Positions 38,154-47,331 of a stretch of DNA of 64,000 nucleotides are shown here, piece by piece. How positions within the stretch are numbered: the stretch's first letter is position 1; each line of letters starts with the position of its first letter. The notes beneath the pieces are model-generated. The model was not told the DNA's origin and did no database searches. It saw only the letters and a program-made list of their open reading frames with translations. This DNA comes from Chthoniobacterales bacterium (GTDB taxonomy: Bacteria > Verrucomicrobiota > Verrucomicrobiia > Chthoniobacterales > JACTMZ01): the NCBI GenBank assembly GCA_014879535.1, contig JACSRX010000052.1, positions 58,334 to 122,333 on the forward strand. The letters are read 5' to 3'. Both the position numbers and the translations under genes were made by a program.

Positions 38154-39953
38154 ATGGCGATGGATTTTTTCGCCGCACAGGATGCCGCACGCGCCCGCTC
38201 GCGGCGCCTGGTCTGGCTCTTCTTGGCCTCGGTGGCCGGCCTGATCGCCGCCATTTACGCCGCCGTCGCGTCCCTGCTCGTCCTCGGGGGACACGAGGGG
38301 GGCTGGTGGGATTCCCGCGTGTTCTCCGCGGTTGCGGGCGTCACGATCCTCATCGTCGCCATCTCCTCGCTCTGGAAAATCTCCGCCCTCCGGGCCGGGG
38401 GCGGCAGCGTGGCCCGCAGCGTCGGCGGACGCCCCGTGGCTCCGACCACGCAGGACCCCGACGAGCGGCGGTTCCTCAACATCGTCGAGGAGATGGCCAT
38501 CGCCTCGGGGCTTCCCGTGCCGGAAATCTACGTGCTCGATGCCGAGGACGGGATCAACGCCTTCGCCGCAGGCTTCACCCCGGATGACGCCGCGGTGGCG
38601 GTGACGCGCGGAGGCATCACCAAGCTCAACCGCGACGAATTGCAGGGCGTCGTCGCCCATGAATTTTCCCACATCCTGAACGGCGACATGCGGCTCAACA
38701 TCCACCTCATCGGGCTGGTGTTCGGGCTGCTCGTCTTGTCGATCGTCGGCCAGGGAATCCTGCGGTTCTCTCTGGAGAGCGGTGCCCGCCGCCGCGGGGG
38801 CAAGAACGACGCGGCGGCCGTCGTCCTCGCCATCGCGGCCTTCGGCCTCATCCTCCTCATCGCCGGATGGATCGGGGTCCTTTTCGGACGCATCCTGCAA
38901 AGCGCCGTCTCGCGCCAGCGCGAATTCCTCGCCGACGCGGCCGCCGTGCAGTTCACACGCAACCCCGGGGGACTCGCCGGGGCGCTTCGGAAAATCGGGA
39001 ACGCCGGTTCGCGCGTGAAGAATGAGCACAGCCAGGATGTCGCGCACCTGTTCTTCGCCAGCGGCCTCCGCTTGGGCTGGGCCGGGCTCTTCGCCACGCA
39101 TCCGCCCCTCGAGGAACGCATCCGCGCGCTTGATTCCTCGTGGGAGGGATCGTTCGAGGCCCAACCGCCGCCGCTTCCGCCGTCCGCCGCGGAGTTCACC
39201 GCCGGCGCCTCGGCGATTGCCGCAGCGGCACCTCAGCTCGCGCGGGCGGAGGCCATCCATGGCGAATTGGAGGCCATTTTCGGCAGCGATCTTCGCGACC
39301 CGGGCGCGGCAAGAGACATCGTGCTCGCGCTTTTCCCTCCCACTCCCGACACGGCGGAGACCATCGGCGTGGCGGAAGCCCGGCAGAAACTGCACGCGAT
39401 CAAGGGTGCGGACCGCACGGCCTTGGCCGGAATGCTCATGCCCGCGCTCGGACGCCTCCCTGCAGACGAACGCCGCGAGCTTCTCGGTGCGCTCGACCGT
39501 CTGTCCGACTCCAGTCTGGATGCCTTCACATTCGGAACATGGTGGATCGTGCGGCGCCACCTTCAGCGCACGGAGCATCCGACACAAACACCCGGCAAGC
39601 TGGACCCGGACCCTGCGCCCTTCGCCAAAGATGCATCCATCCTGATCGCATCGCTGATCCACATCGGCAGCGGGAGCGAAGACATCCCCCGTTTGTTCGA
39701 GGAGGCCATGACCGCGAGCCCATCCTTCCAGCCGTTGTGCTCCTATCCCGAATCTCAGCCGGACGTGGCGCAGTTGGACTGCGCCCTGCGGAATCTCGGG
39801 GGCGCCTCGTTCGCCCTGCGGAAGGAAGTGATCGATGCCGCGACCCGTGGCGTCATCGGCGACGGAGTCGTCACCGAGTCCGAAGCCGCCCTGATGCAGG
39901 TCGCTTCCCTGGCCCTCGATTGCCCCGCACCTCTGCCCGCAGGCGTGGCTTGA
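38154..39953 (+). CDS. M48-family (HtpX-like) zinc metallopeptidase with long C-terminal extension
   Basis: The HExxH motif is VVAHEFSHILNGD. Several TM segments are present. The pairing with LemA is a common arrangement. The start is taken at MAMDFF. Confidence 0.85.
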   Translation: MAMDFFAAQDAARARSRRLVWLFLASVAGLIAAIYAAVASLLVLGGHEGGWWDSRVFSAVAGVTILIVAISSLWKISALRAGGGSVARSVGGRPVAPTTQDPDERRFLNIVEEMAIASGLPVPEIYVLDAEDGINAFAAGFTPDDAAVAVTRGGITKLNRDELQGVVAHEFSHILNGDMRLNIHLIGLVFGLLVLSIVGQGILRFSLESGARRRGGKNDAAAVVLAIAAFGLILLIAGWIGVLFGRILQSAVSRQREFLADAAAVQFTRNPGGLAGALRKIGNAGSRVKNEHSQDVAHLFFASGLRLGWAGLFATHPPLEERIRALDSSWEGSFEAQPPPLPPSAAEFTAGASAIAAAAPQLARAEAIHGELEAIFGSDLRDPGAARDIVLALFPPTPDTAETIGVAEARQKLHAIKGADRTALAGMLMPALGRLPADERRELLGALDRLSDSSLDAFTFGTWWIVRRHLQRTEHPTQTPGKLDPDPAPFAKDASILIASLIHIGSGSEDIPRLFEEAMTASPSFQPLCSYPESQPDVAQLDCALRNLGGASFALRKEVIDAATRGVIGDGVVTESEAALMQVASLALDCPAPLPAGVA

Positions 39954-39971
39954 GAGCGACAATGCAGTGTT

Positions 39972-40033
39972 TTGTGGTAGGGGCGTGTGGCCCTACACGC
40001 CCGAGGTCGGCTGAGGCCAGCCGACCCTACCGC
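39972..40033 (+). repeat. Structured intergenic repeat, copy 1 (REP/MITE-like, two hairpins inside a closing stem)
   Basis: The closing stem is GGTAGGG…CCCTACC. It encloses hairpins GCGTGT-ggccct-ACACGC and GGTCGGCTG-aggc-CAGCCGACC. By hand alignment it is about 85% identical to 49890-49951. It lies between convergent genes. Confidence 0.8.
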
Positions 40034-40070
40034 CCGTGGGAAAATGGGCTATGACATTTCCTAAACCGCT

Positions 40071-41318
40071 CTAAACAATCATCCCCGCCGCCACCGTCTC
40101 GTGCGACCCCGGATCGACGAGGACGAACGACCCCGTGAGCCGGTTGCGACGGTAATCGTCATGGAATAGCGGCACCGCCGCGCGCAGCGCGATGCGCCCG
40201 ATGTCGTTCATGCCGAGCGTGGACGCCCCCTCCTTCTTGTGGAGGGTCTCGATATCCACCTGATAGCGCAAATCCTGCACGATCGCCTTCGTCTCCCGCG
40301 TGGTATGGCGCAGCAGGTATTTTCCGCGCACTTCCATCGGCCTCTGCGAAAACCAGCACACCATCGCCTCCACGTCCTGCCCGGTCCGCGGCGGATTGTT
40401 CGCCTTCACAAGCATGTCGCCGCGCGAGATGTCGATCTCGTCGTCAAGGGTCATCACGACGGATTGCGGGGCGAACGCCTCCCCGATCTCCTGTCCCCCG
40501 GGAAGGTGGATTTTTGAAATCTTGGTGGAAAACCCGGACGGCAGCACCGTGACGGCGTCCCCCGGCTTGAAGACACCGCCGGCCACGCGCCCGGCATAGC
40601 CGCGGAAGTCATGATGCTCGTTGGATTGCGGACGGATGATCCATTGCACGGGAAAGCGCGCATCGACATGGTTCTCCGTGCCGCCGGTATAGACCGTTTC
40701 CAAGTGGTAGAGCAGCGACGGCCCCTTGAACCAATCCATCGACGTGGATTTCTCCACCACGTTGTCGCCGTTGAGCGCGGAAAGCGGGATGGCTGTGATC
40801 TCGGCGATGTCGTCGAGACGCGAGGCGAAATCGTGGAAGTCCTGCACGATGCGGTTGAAGACCTCCTCGCTGTAATCCACGAGGTCCATCTTGTTCACCG
40901 CCAGCACGAGGTGGCGGATCTTCAGCAGGTTCGAAACGAACGAATGCCGCTTGGTCTGCTCGATGATCCCCTTGCGCGCATCCACAAGGATGATGGCCAG
41001 GTCCGCCGTCGAGGCGCCGGTCACCATGTTGCGCGTGTATTGGATGTGCCCCGGCGTGTCCGCGATGATGAACTTGCGCTTCGGCGTCGCGAAGTAACGG
41101 TAGGCGACGTCGATGGTGATGCCCTGCTCGCGCTCGGCCCGCAGGCCGTCGGTCAGCAGCGCGAGATTGACGACCGCATCCCCGCGGCGGCGGGAACTTT
41201 CCTCCACCGCGCTGAGCTGGTCCTCGAAAATGCTCTTCGAATCGTAAAGCAGGCGCCCGATGAGGGTGGACTTGCCGTCATCGACGGAACCGGCCGTGGC
41301 AAAACGCAGGAGATCCAT
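40071..41318 (-). CDS. cysN: Sulfate adenylyltransferase subunit 1 (GTPase)
   Basis: The motifs GSVDDGKSTLIGRLL, DTPGH and NKMD are present, with EF-Tu-like domains. Confidence 0.93.
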   Translation of the reverse strand: MDLLRFATAGSVDDGKSTLIGRLLYDSKSIFEDQLSAVEESSRRRGDAVVNLALLTDGLRAEREQGITIDVAYRYFATPKRKFIIADTPGHIQYTRNMVTGASTADLAIILVDARKGIIEQTKRHSFVSNLLKIRHLVLAVNKMDLVDYSEEVFNRIVQDFHDFASRLDDIAEITAIPLSALNGDNVVEKSTSMDWFKGPSLLYHLETVYTGGTENHVDARFPVQWIIRPQSNEHHDFRGYAGRVAGGVFKPGDAVTVLPSGFSTKISKIHLPGGQEIGEAFAPQSVVMTLDDEIDISRGDMLVKANNPPRTGQDVEAMVCWFSQRPMEVRGKYLLRHTTRETKAIVQDLRYQVDIETLHKKEGASTLGMNDIGRIALRAAVPLFHDDYRRNRLTGSFVLVDPGSHETVAAGMIV

Positions 41319-42223
41319 CAGAAATAACCCTCCTTCTTGCGGTCTTCCATCGCGGTTTCGGACCGCTTGTCGTCGGCACGCGTGCCGCGCTCGGTCTGGC
41401 GCGCCGCGGCGACCTCGGCGATCACCTCGTCGAGGTCCGAGGCGGACGACTCGACCGCGCCGGTGCAGGTCACGTCGCCGATCGTGCGGAAGCGGACGGT
41501 CTTCCGCTCCGGCTTCTCGGTCTCCAGCATGGTGATGAATTCCGACACCGCCAGCAGCGAGCCGTTGCGCGCGAAGACATCGCGTTCATGGGCGAAATAG
41601 AGCGGGGGCAGTTCGATCCCCTCGCGCTTGATATACATCCACACGTCCATCTCGGTGAAATTCGACAACGGGAAGACACGGAAATGCTCGCCGGGGTGGT
41701 GACGGCCGTTGAAAAGGTTCCACAACTCGGGCCGCTGGTTCTTCGGATCCCACTGGCCGAAATCATCACGGTGCGAAAAGAACCTCTCCTTCGCGCGCGC
41801 CTTCTCCTCGTCGCGGCGACCGCCGCCGAGGCACGCCGTGAATTTGTGCTCCTCGATCGTGTCGAGGAGGGTCACCGACTGCAGCGCGTTGCGCGAAGCG
41901 TAGGGACCCTTCTCCTCCTTGACCCGGCCGGTGTCGATGGATGCCTGGACCGAGCCGACCACCAGGCGCGCCCCGAGTTTCTCCACGAAGGCGTCCCGGT
42001 AGGCCAGCGTCTCCCCGAAATTGTGGCCCGTGTCGATGTGCAGCAGCGGAAAAGGGATCTTCGCGGGCCAGAACGCCTTTGCGGCGAGATGGGCCATGAC
42101 GATGGAATCCTTGCCGCCGGAGAAAAGCAGCGCGGGGTTCTGGAACTGCGCCGCCGTCTCGCGGAGCACGAAAATCGCCTCGGCCTCAAGCTGGTCGAGA
42201 TGGTCGAGATGATAATACGGCAT
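41318..42223 (-). CDS. cysD: Sulfate adenylyltransferase subunit 2
   Basis: MPYYHLDHLDQLEAEAIFVLRE… is followed by the PP-loop FSGGKDS. The stop overlaps the cysN ATG by 1 nt. The N-terminal 35 codons of the track ORF were excluded. Confidence 0.92.
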   Translation of the reverse strand: MPYYHLDHLDQLEAEAIFVLRETAAQFQNPALLFSGGKDSIVMAHLAAKAFWPAKIPFPLLHIDTGHNFGETLAYRDAFVEKLGARLVVGSVQASIDTGRVKEEKGPYASRNALQSVTLLDTIEEHKFTACLGGGRRDEEKARAKERFFSHRDDFGQWDPKNQRPELWNLFNGRHHPGEHFRVFPLSNFTEMDVWMYIKREGIELPPLYFAHERDVFARNGSLLAVSEFITMLETEKPERKTVRFRTIGDVTCTGAVESSASDLDEVIAEVAAARQTERGTRADDKRSETAMEDRKKEGYF

Positions 42224-42267
42224 GGCGGAATGAAACTTGCTGTCGGCCCGGCAACGCGGGTGGCGCC

Positions 42268-42870
42268 CTACGCGCCCGACCGGCCGTCCGCGATGGACCG
42301 CCAATACCCGAGCAAATCGGCCGCACATTCGTCCACAGACCGGGTTTGCGTGTCAAGAACGAGGGCGGCCGCCTCCGGTTCCTCGAACCCGCTGTCCTTC
42401 CCCGTGAACTGGCCGATCTGCCCTTCCCGGGCCTTGGCGTAAAGCCCCTTGGGATCCCGCTGCGCACAGGTGTCGAAATCCGCCTTCACATAGACCTCGT
42501 GGAAATCCGGACCGATGATCTCCGCCGCCGCGCGCCGGTGCGCCCGCAACGGCGTGATCACCGACACAAGGACAATGACCCCCTGCCCGGCCAGCAGCTT
42601 GGCCGTTTCCGCCACCCGGCGGACGTTTTCCGTCCGGTCTTCGTCGGAGAATCCCAGGTTGCGGTTCAGTCCCGTCCGGAGATTGTCCCCGTCGAGGATC
42701 ACGGTCATCCGCCCCTCCGCATGCAGCGCGCGCTCCGCCTCGTTCGCAATTGTCGATTTCCCGGACCCGGAGAGCCCGTAGAGCCAGAGAACGGCCCCTC
42801 TCTGACCGAGCAGGCGCTCCTTCGAGGCGCGGTCGAGAAACCGGCGGGTTTCCGGATGGATGTTGGTCAT
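42268..42870 (-). CDS. cysC: Adenylylsulfate (APS) kinase
   Basis: This is the C-terminal 200 aa of the 541-aa track ORF. It has the P-loop YGLSGSGKST and the motifs DGDNLR and DPKGLY. The remainder of that ORF is antisense to amn. Confidence 0.9.
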   Translation of the reverse strand: MTNIHPETRRFLDRASKERLLGQRGAVLWLYGLSGSGKSTIANEAERALHAEGRMTVILDGDNLRTGLNRNLGFSDEDRTENVRRVAETAKLLAGQGVIVLVSVITPLRAHRRAAAEIIGPDFHEVYVKADFDTCAQRDPKGLYAKAREGQIGQFTGKDSGFEEPEAAALVLDTQTRSVDECAADLLGYWRSIADGRSGA

Positions 42871-43020
42871 GGACGCGGGATTCGCGGTTCCTGCGCGGAA
42901 TGCACCGAAGCGCGAACCGGGAAAAATACAGGCCGTGCGGCCCCAAGCCAAGAGCGCATTGGCCAGAACGCTCCTCTCTTTGGACTTCCTTGCCGCGGGG
43001 GTTTGCGAGACAAAAACGGA

Positions 43021-43833
43021 ATGCCCCAGAATGCCAAAAGAAGCGGTTCCCGGAGCCGTGCCCTCAAGACCCGCGAAGACATCGTCGAAAACTGGCTGCC
43101 GCGATACACGGGCGTGGAATTGAAGGAGTTCGGCGACCACATCCTCCTCACAAATTTTTCCAACTACGTGAAGCTTTTCGCCCAGTGGCACGGGGTGAAG
43201 GTCCGTGGACGCGACAAGCCCATGCCCAACGCCACCGCCGGACGCATCAGCATCATCAATTTCGGCATGGGCAGCGCCACCGCCGCCACGGTCATGGACC
43301 TGCTCACCGCCATCCATCCGAAAGCCGTGCTCTTCCTCGGCAAATGCGGCGGCCTCAAGCACCGCGCCGCCATCGGCGACCTCATCCTCCCGATCGCCGC
43401 CATCCGCGGCGAAGGCACCAGCAACGACTACTTTCCGCCCGAAGTGCCCGCCCTGCCCGCCTTCGCCCTCCAGAAGGCCATCTCCACCACCATCCGCGAA
43501 GCCGAGCGCGACTACTGGACCGGCACCGTTTACACCACCAACCGCCGCGTGTGGGAGCATGACATCGCCTTCAAGGACTACCTCCGCAAAATCCGCGCCC
43601 TCGCCATCGACATGGAGACCGCCACCGTCTTCATGACCGGCTTCTACAACGAGATCACCACCGGCGCCCTCCTCCTCGTCAGCGACCAGCCCATGCTCCC
43701 CGACGGCGTCAAAACCGCCGAGAGCGACGCCGAAGTGGATGCCTCTTACGTCACCGACCACCTCCGCATCGGCCTCAACTCCCTCAAACAACTCACCAAC
43801 CAAGGCCTCACCCTGAAGCACTTGAAGTTCTGA
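43021..43833 (+). CDS. amn: AMP nucleosidase, short form (PNP_UDP_1 phosphorylase superfamily)
   Basis: By eye it aligns with the catalytic domain of E. coli Amn: LPRYTG…ILLTNFSNYV, INFGMGSATAAT, LGKCGGL, TGTVYTTNRRVWE and AIDMETATV. Confidence 0.75.
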   Translation: MPQNAKRSGSRSRALKTREDIVENWLPRYTGVELKEFGDHILLTNFSNYVKLFAQWHGVKVRGRDKPMPNATAGRISIINFGMGSATAATVMDLLTAIHPKAVLFLGKCGGLKHRAAIGDLILPIAAIRGEGTSNDYFPPEVPALPAFALQKAISTTIREAERDYWTGTVYTTNRRVWEHDIAFKDYLRKIRALAIDMETATVFMTGFYNEITTGALLLVSDQPMLPDGVKTAESDAEVDASYVTDHLRIGLNSLKQLTNQGLTLKHLKF

Positions 43834-43950
43834 GTGAAGTTTGGCGTGATGAAACCTCAGATCATCTTCCCCTAAGTCACCCAAGACCTCCAATATCTCG
43901 ACTCCATACCTGCCGTTAAAACGACGCAGAGAGACAAGAAAGTCAGTCCC

Positions 43951-44742
43951 ATGCCAAAGGGAACATTCATACCTCTGATCATTGGATTTGCGATGGCTGG
44001 CATATGCCGTGCAGATGAAATAGCAGTCTTTTATGCATTAGAAGCTGATGGACGAGCCTTAGCACAAAGTTCTGAGGTGGCTCGGCAACCCGTCAGAGTT
44101 GGCCAGCGATCAATATCTATTTATCAGATTGCAGGCCATAAGGTCTATGCCGTGAAAATGGAATCCGGAGTTGTCGAGACGGCGGTAAGTGCCGAAGCCC
44201 TACTATCAAGGTTTTCAGTAGATTTTGCTTTATCCTTGGGACCAATCGGCGGTCTTACTTCTGACATTGTGCTCCAAAAATGGTATACGGTTCAGAGCAT
44301 CGTCCCCTATCAGAAAGGAATGCATCGAGAAAGCGGGTTTCAATCAGCTGAGCCGATTACCCTGAGAGCACTTGACATATTGGATGAAAGTGAACTGCCT
44401 CCACTTTTCCGGGATGCCCCGCTCATATCAGTCGCTTCTGGAGAAGTATTCATCGCATCCAGTTCATTCCGGGAGCAACTTGCTGCACAAACCAAAGCTT
44501 CAGCAGTCGATATGAACCTTTTTGGCTTATACGCAGCTTGTCGTAACCATCAGGTTCCACTGCTCGCGTGGAGGATATGCAGCGACAATGCAGACCCTTC
44601 CGCTTCAGATGATTTTCGAGCGTTTGTTGAGAAATATGACGGCGCTGGAGGTCGGATGCTTAGCGAATTGATCAAGTTATTGCCGCCAAATAAACAATCC
44701 CCGGAAGCCTATGACAATCTGAGGAAATTGCTGATGGAGTAA
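43951..44742 (+). CDS. Signal-peptide-bearing phosphorylase-superfamily protein (MTA/SAH-nucleosidase-like)
   Basis: By eye it aligns along its whole length with E. coli MtnN/Pfs: IAVFYALEAD, SGVVETAVSAEALL, LSLGPIGGL, VASGEVFI and AVDMNLFGLYAACRNHQVPLLAWRICSDNAD. The N-terminal MPKGTFIPLIIGFAMAGICRA reads as a Sec signal. Confidence 0.7.
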   Translation: MPKGTFIPLIIGFAMAGICRADEIAVFYALEADGRALAQSSEVARQPVRVGQRSISIYQIAGHKVYAVKMESGVVETAVSAEALLSRFSVDFALSLGPIGGLTSDIVLQKWYTVQSIVPYQKGMHRESGFQSAEPITLRALDILDESELPPLFRDAPLISVASGEVFIASSSFREQLAAQTKASAVDMNLFGLYAACRNHQVPLLAWRICSDNADPSASDDFRAFVEKYDGAGGRMLSELIKLLPPNKQSPEAYDNLRKLLME

Positions 44743-44786
44743 TCCACTGTTGAGTTTTTTGCTTGACGGTTGCAACGAAGCGCTGG

Positions 44787-45044
44787 ATGCTGCCAGCAAT
44801 GGGCGAAGCTGGGTCAACCCGAAGGGAATTTCTGCGGCGGATCACCGCAACGGTTGTTCTTGGTGGAGGTGCTTCATTACTTATTGCCGCTACAGCTCAA
44901 GGCCAATACCGGATTGCTCCTCTTCCCGGCTACAAATACGGGCCAGGTTTTGCAAGAATATGCCGCCGCCGATTCAACTCGGCTGATGAGGCTGTGCTGA
45001 GTATACGCAATGAAACGGTTGAATTCCTTGTTGTTCGTGAATGA
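44787..45044 (+). CDS. Small protein with twin-arginine (Tat) signal
   Basis: STRREFLRRITATVVLGGGASLLIAATAQG is a Tat-type signal, leaving a mature part of about 50 aa. The start is uncertain; the track uses TTG at 44763. Confidence 0.5.
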   Translation: MLPAMGEAGSTRREFLRRITATVVLGGGASLLIAATAQGQYRIAPLPGYKYGPGFARICRRRFNSADEAVLSIRNETVEFLVVRE

Positions 45045-45100
45045 TTTGCATGCCGACGGGACGTGTAGCTATCAAGTCTGCACGCCCTCGGCTTACGTAG

Positions 45101-45143
45101 CAGCGGGAGCCGGCAAATGTGACCGGCTCCCGCTGTTCTTTTG
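45101..45143 (+). terminator. Intrinsic-terminator-like hairpin (13-bp perfect stem plus T-tract)
   Basis: CAGCGGGAGCCGG (45101-45113), a 9-nt loop, CCGGCTCCCGCTG (45123-45135), then TTCTTTTG. It ends 8 nt before the ATG at 45151. Confidence 0.75.
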
Positions 45144-45150
45144 AATAAGC

Positions 45151-47331
45151 ATGAAGCAGAAATTCAAAAAGCAAAGCGCACCTGCAAAATTCAAGTCGCC
45201 ATTTTCTGCCCGTCTTGCTGAATCAAGAAACATGATTCAGTCCGGTGATTTCACTGGCGCCTTCTCTTTGCTGAATTCTTTGGCAAGCACTGAAGATGCT
45301 GCCTCCAAGCAGAGGATACATGCCTTGATAGGTGATGCTGAGAAAAAGCGGGGGCGTTTTGAGAAGGCCCTGCAAATTTATCAATCGGTTGAAGGGAATA
45401 TTGGAGATCATCGAAGAGATTGGGTCAGGCCGTTTTTCGGAAAACTGGTCGCTCTTCTGAAGTTGGCCCGCATATCTGATGCGATGCAGCTTGCCCGGAA
45501 TGCAGCCGAGAAGGCCGAAGCGCTGGAGCAGGCATTTCGACAGCAGTTAACGCAGCTTCGCAGCAATCTTTCCTCGGGACAAAGTGTCGCGATCGTTAAA
45601 CGCCCTGTCAGAGCAAGCGTTGTAATTACAAGAATCGGACATCTCTTTCTGCAGGAAGGAGAGTTTGCGTTTGCTCAAGAGATGTTCCAAAGAGCCATTG
45701 GCGGAAATCCCAAAGGTGGATGCCGTGCCCGTCTTGGCATTGCTGAAATAGCTTTGCGCTCAGGAGAAAATGACACAGCCGTAAAATGGGCGAGCGATGC
45801 TATTATTCGGGGCAAGTTTCAAGCGAAGACACTTTCCGGGTGGCCGATTTTGATTGCCGCCAACTGCAGGCAAGGGGTGTCGGGGGTTGATTCAACTATG
45901 TTGGATGCTTTGGCGAAAATGCCGCCGACAGTTCGGTCACGGGCAAGTTTGTTGATCGTTCAGAATCTTCGAAAATTTGGCGATCCGTCATGGCGCAGTT
46001 TGGCTGAACAATGGAGCCGCCAATCCGCAGCATCCGATCCCATTGCTACTGCTGAATTGAGAAAACTCATTCTCTCATCGGCCAAGCGAAAAGCTGGAGG
46101 CACGAATAAGGAGATCGCTGCTCTGGCAAATTCATTGTTGGAGGTTTCAAAACTCGCATTCCATGAGTGGAAATCTGCCATAAAAGAAATCATCGGCGCC
46201 TCCTATGCCGAAAAAAGCAAACCCGACTTGGAGTCATTGATTGGTGCAGGGATAACACGATTTGGCGCCGATGCCGCGCCCCAAGTCATTCATGGAGTCG
46301 CCTTGGCGTGCATCAGTGCTGGAGACCAAGAGACAGGGAGTGCGCTCCTTTCTCGTGCGCTGGCAGTGGCAAAGCCGGATACAGAAGAGTGGGGAAAGAT
46401 TACTTGGGCACTGGCGAAGTGCAAGACCGTAGAGGGAGATCACATGGCGGCTGCAGGGTATTACCAAGCCTTCAACAACTCAATCAATATGCCGGTTCAG
46501 TTGCGAATGTTTGCTCTGGTTGAATGGGTCCGCTGCCTCACCCGCGCAAACAAGCCTTTTAATGTTTCCGCGACTATTCCGCAGTTGTGGGCGGCACTCG
46601 ATCAAATCAACGATTACAATATTTTACTCGATGTCGCCCGACAGCTCGGACGCGCCGCCGTGGATGATCCAAGCATAGCAGAGGCTTACCGCGCCAAGGG
46701 AGAGCGCCTTGCCTTGGAAGCCATTAATACAGGGGCACACCCGTCCCACGCAGTTACGGCACTTTTTAAACTTGCGAGGAGACAGAATGACTTCGGCGAG
46801 TTTTCCGGAACCATTCAACTGTGGGAAAGTCTGTCGCAGCAACGACGAGATTGGTTGTGGACAACCAAAAGCGAGTTTTGGGAGTTTGTATCGCTAGTTA
46901 TTATGGCTTATGGCCTAGAAGGCCGATTGGATGAGGCCGAGAAAGTAGCCTTGGCATACGTTGACGATGCCGCTACACCGATATCCGAGTGGGTCCGCTT
47001 ACATGCAGTCTTGGCTATCCAGTTTGTTCGTTTGAAAAGAACGCGAGACGCGATCGCGATTTTCAGTGAGATTATCACGGCAGATCCACAGCATGAGATG
47101 TGTTCCTATGCGTATTATTGGCTTGCCATTGAATCTCTTTCTCGCGGCGATGAAGAGACGGCTCGTCATTACGCTCACAGGATCAGGCTTTGTCTGAGTG
47201 ACTCCGCGCGTCTTGGGTGGCAACGGCGCCTGCTGGACCTTGCCTCTATCATTAGCAAGGGTTTGGAGGTTGCAGACAAAAGTAATTCGCTGACACTGTT
47301 GATATATAGAGACATGCAACGACTTTTATGA
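45151..47331 (+). CDS. Large all-helical TPR-like repeat protein, cytoplasmic
   Basis: 726 aa with no signal peptide and no Walker A motif (I looked for GxxxxGK[ST]). TPR/Sel1-like helical hairpins recur along the protein (e.g. GRFEKALQIYQSV, GEFAFAQEMFQRAI, GDEETARHYAHRI). Confidence 0.7.
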   Translation: MKQKFKKQSAPAKFKSPFSARLAESRNMIQSGDFTGAFSLLNSLASTEDAASKQRIHALIGDAEKKRGRFEKALQIYQSVEGNIGDHRRDWVRPFFGKLVALLKLARISDAMQLARNAAEKAEALEQAFRQQLTQLRSNLSSGQSVAIVKRPVRASVVITRIGHLFLQEGEFAFAQEMFQRAIGGNPKGGCRARLGIAEIALRSGENDTAVKWASDAIIRGKFQAKTLSGWPILIAANCRQGVSGVDSTMLDALAKMPPTVRSRASLLIVQNLRKFGDPSWRSLAEQWSRQSAASDPIATAELRKLILSSAKRKAGGTNKEIAALANSLLEVSKLAFHEWKSAIKEIIGASYAEKSKPDLESLIGAGITRFGADAAPQVIHGVALACISAGDQETGSALLSRALAVAKPDTEEWGKITWALAKCKTVEGDHMAAAGYYQAFNNSINMPVQLRMFALVEWVRCLTRANKPFNVSATIPQLWAALDQINDYNILLDVARQLGRAAVDDPSIAEAYRAKGERLALEAINTGAHPSHAVTALFKLARRQNDFGEFSGTIQLWESLSQQRRDWLWTTKSEFWEFVSLVIMAYGLEGRLDEAEKVALAYVDDAATPISEWVRLHAVLAIQFVRLKRTRDAIAIFSEIITADPQHEMCSYAYYWLAIESLSRGDEETARHYAHRIRLCLSDSARLGWQRRLLDLASIISKGLEVADKSNSLTLLIYRDMQRLL

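Noticed and set aside
38133-39962. 609-aa minus-strand ORF
   Set aside because: It is antisense to the M48 peptidase, which has an HExxH motif and TM segments. It is a shadow ORF.
42192-42210. 9-bp tandem repeat (TGGTCGAGA x2) at the 5' end of cysD
   Set aside because: It is in frame and simply encodes HLDHLD in the N-terminus. It is not a regulatory repeat as far as I can tell.
42268-43893. 541-aa minus-strand ORF as one protein
   Set aside because: Only the last 200 codons (42268-42870) encode APS kinase. The upstream 340 codons are antisense to the well-supported amn gene and are G/V/A/E/D-rich.
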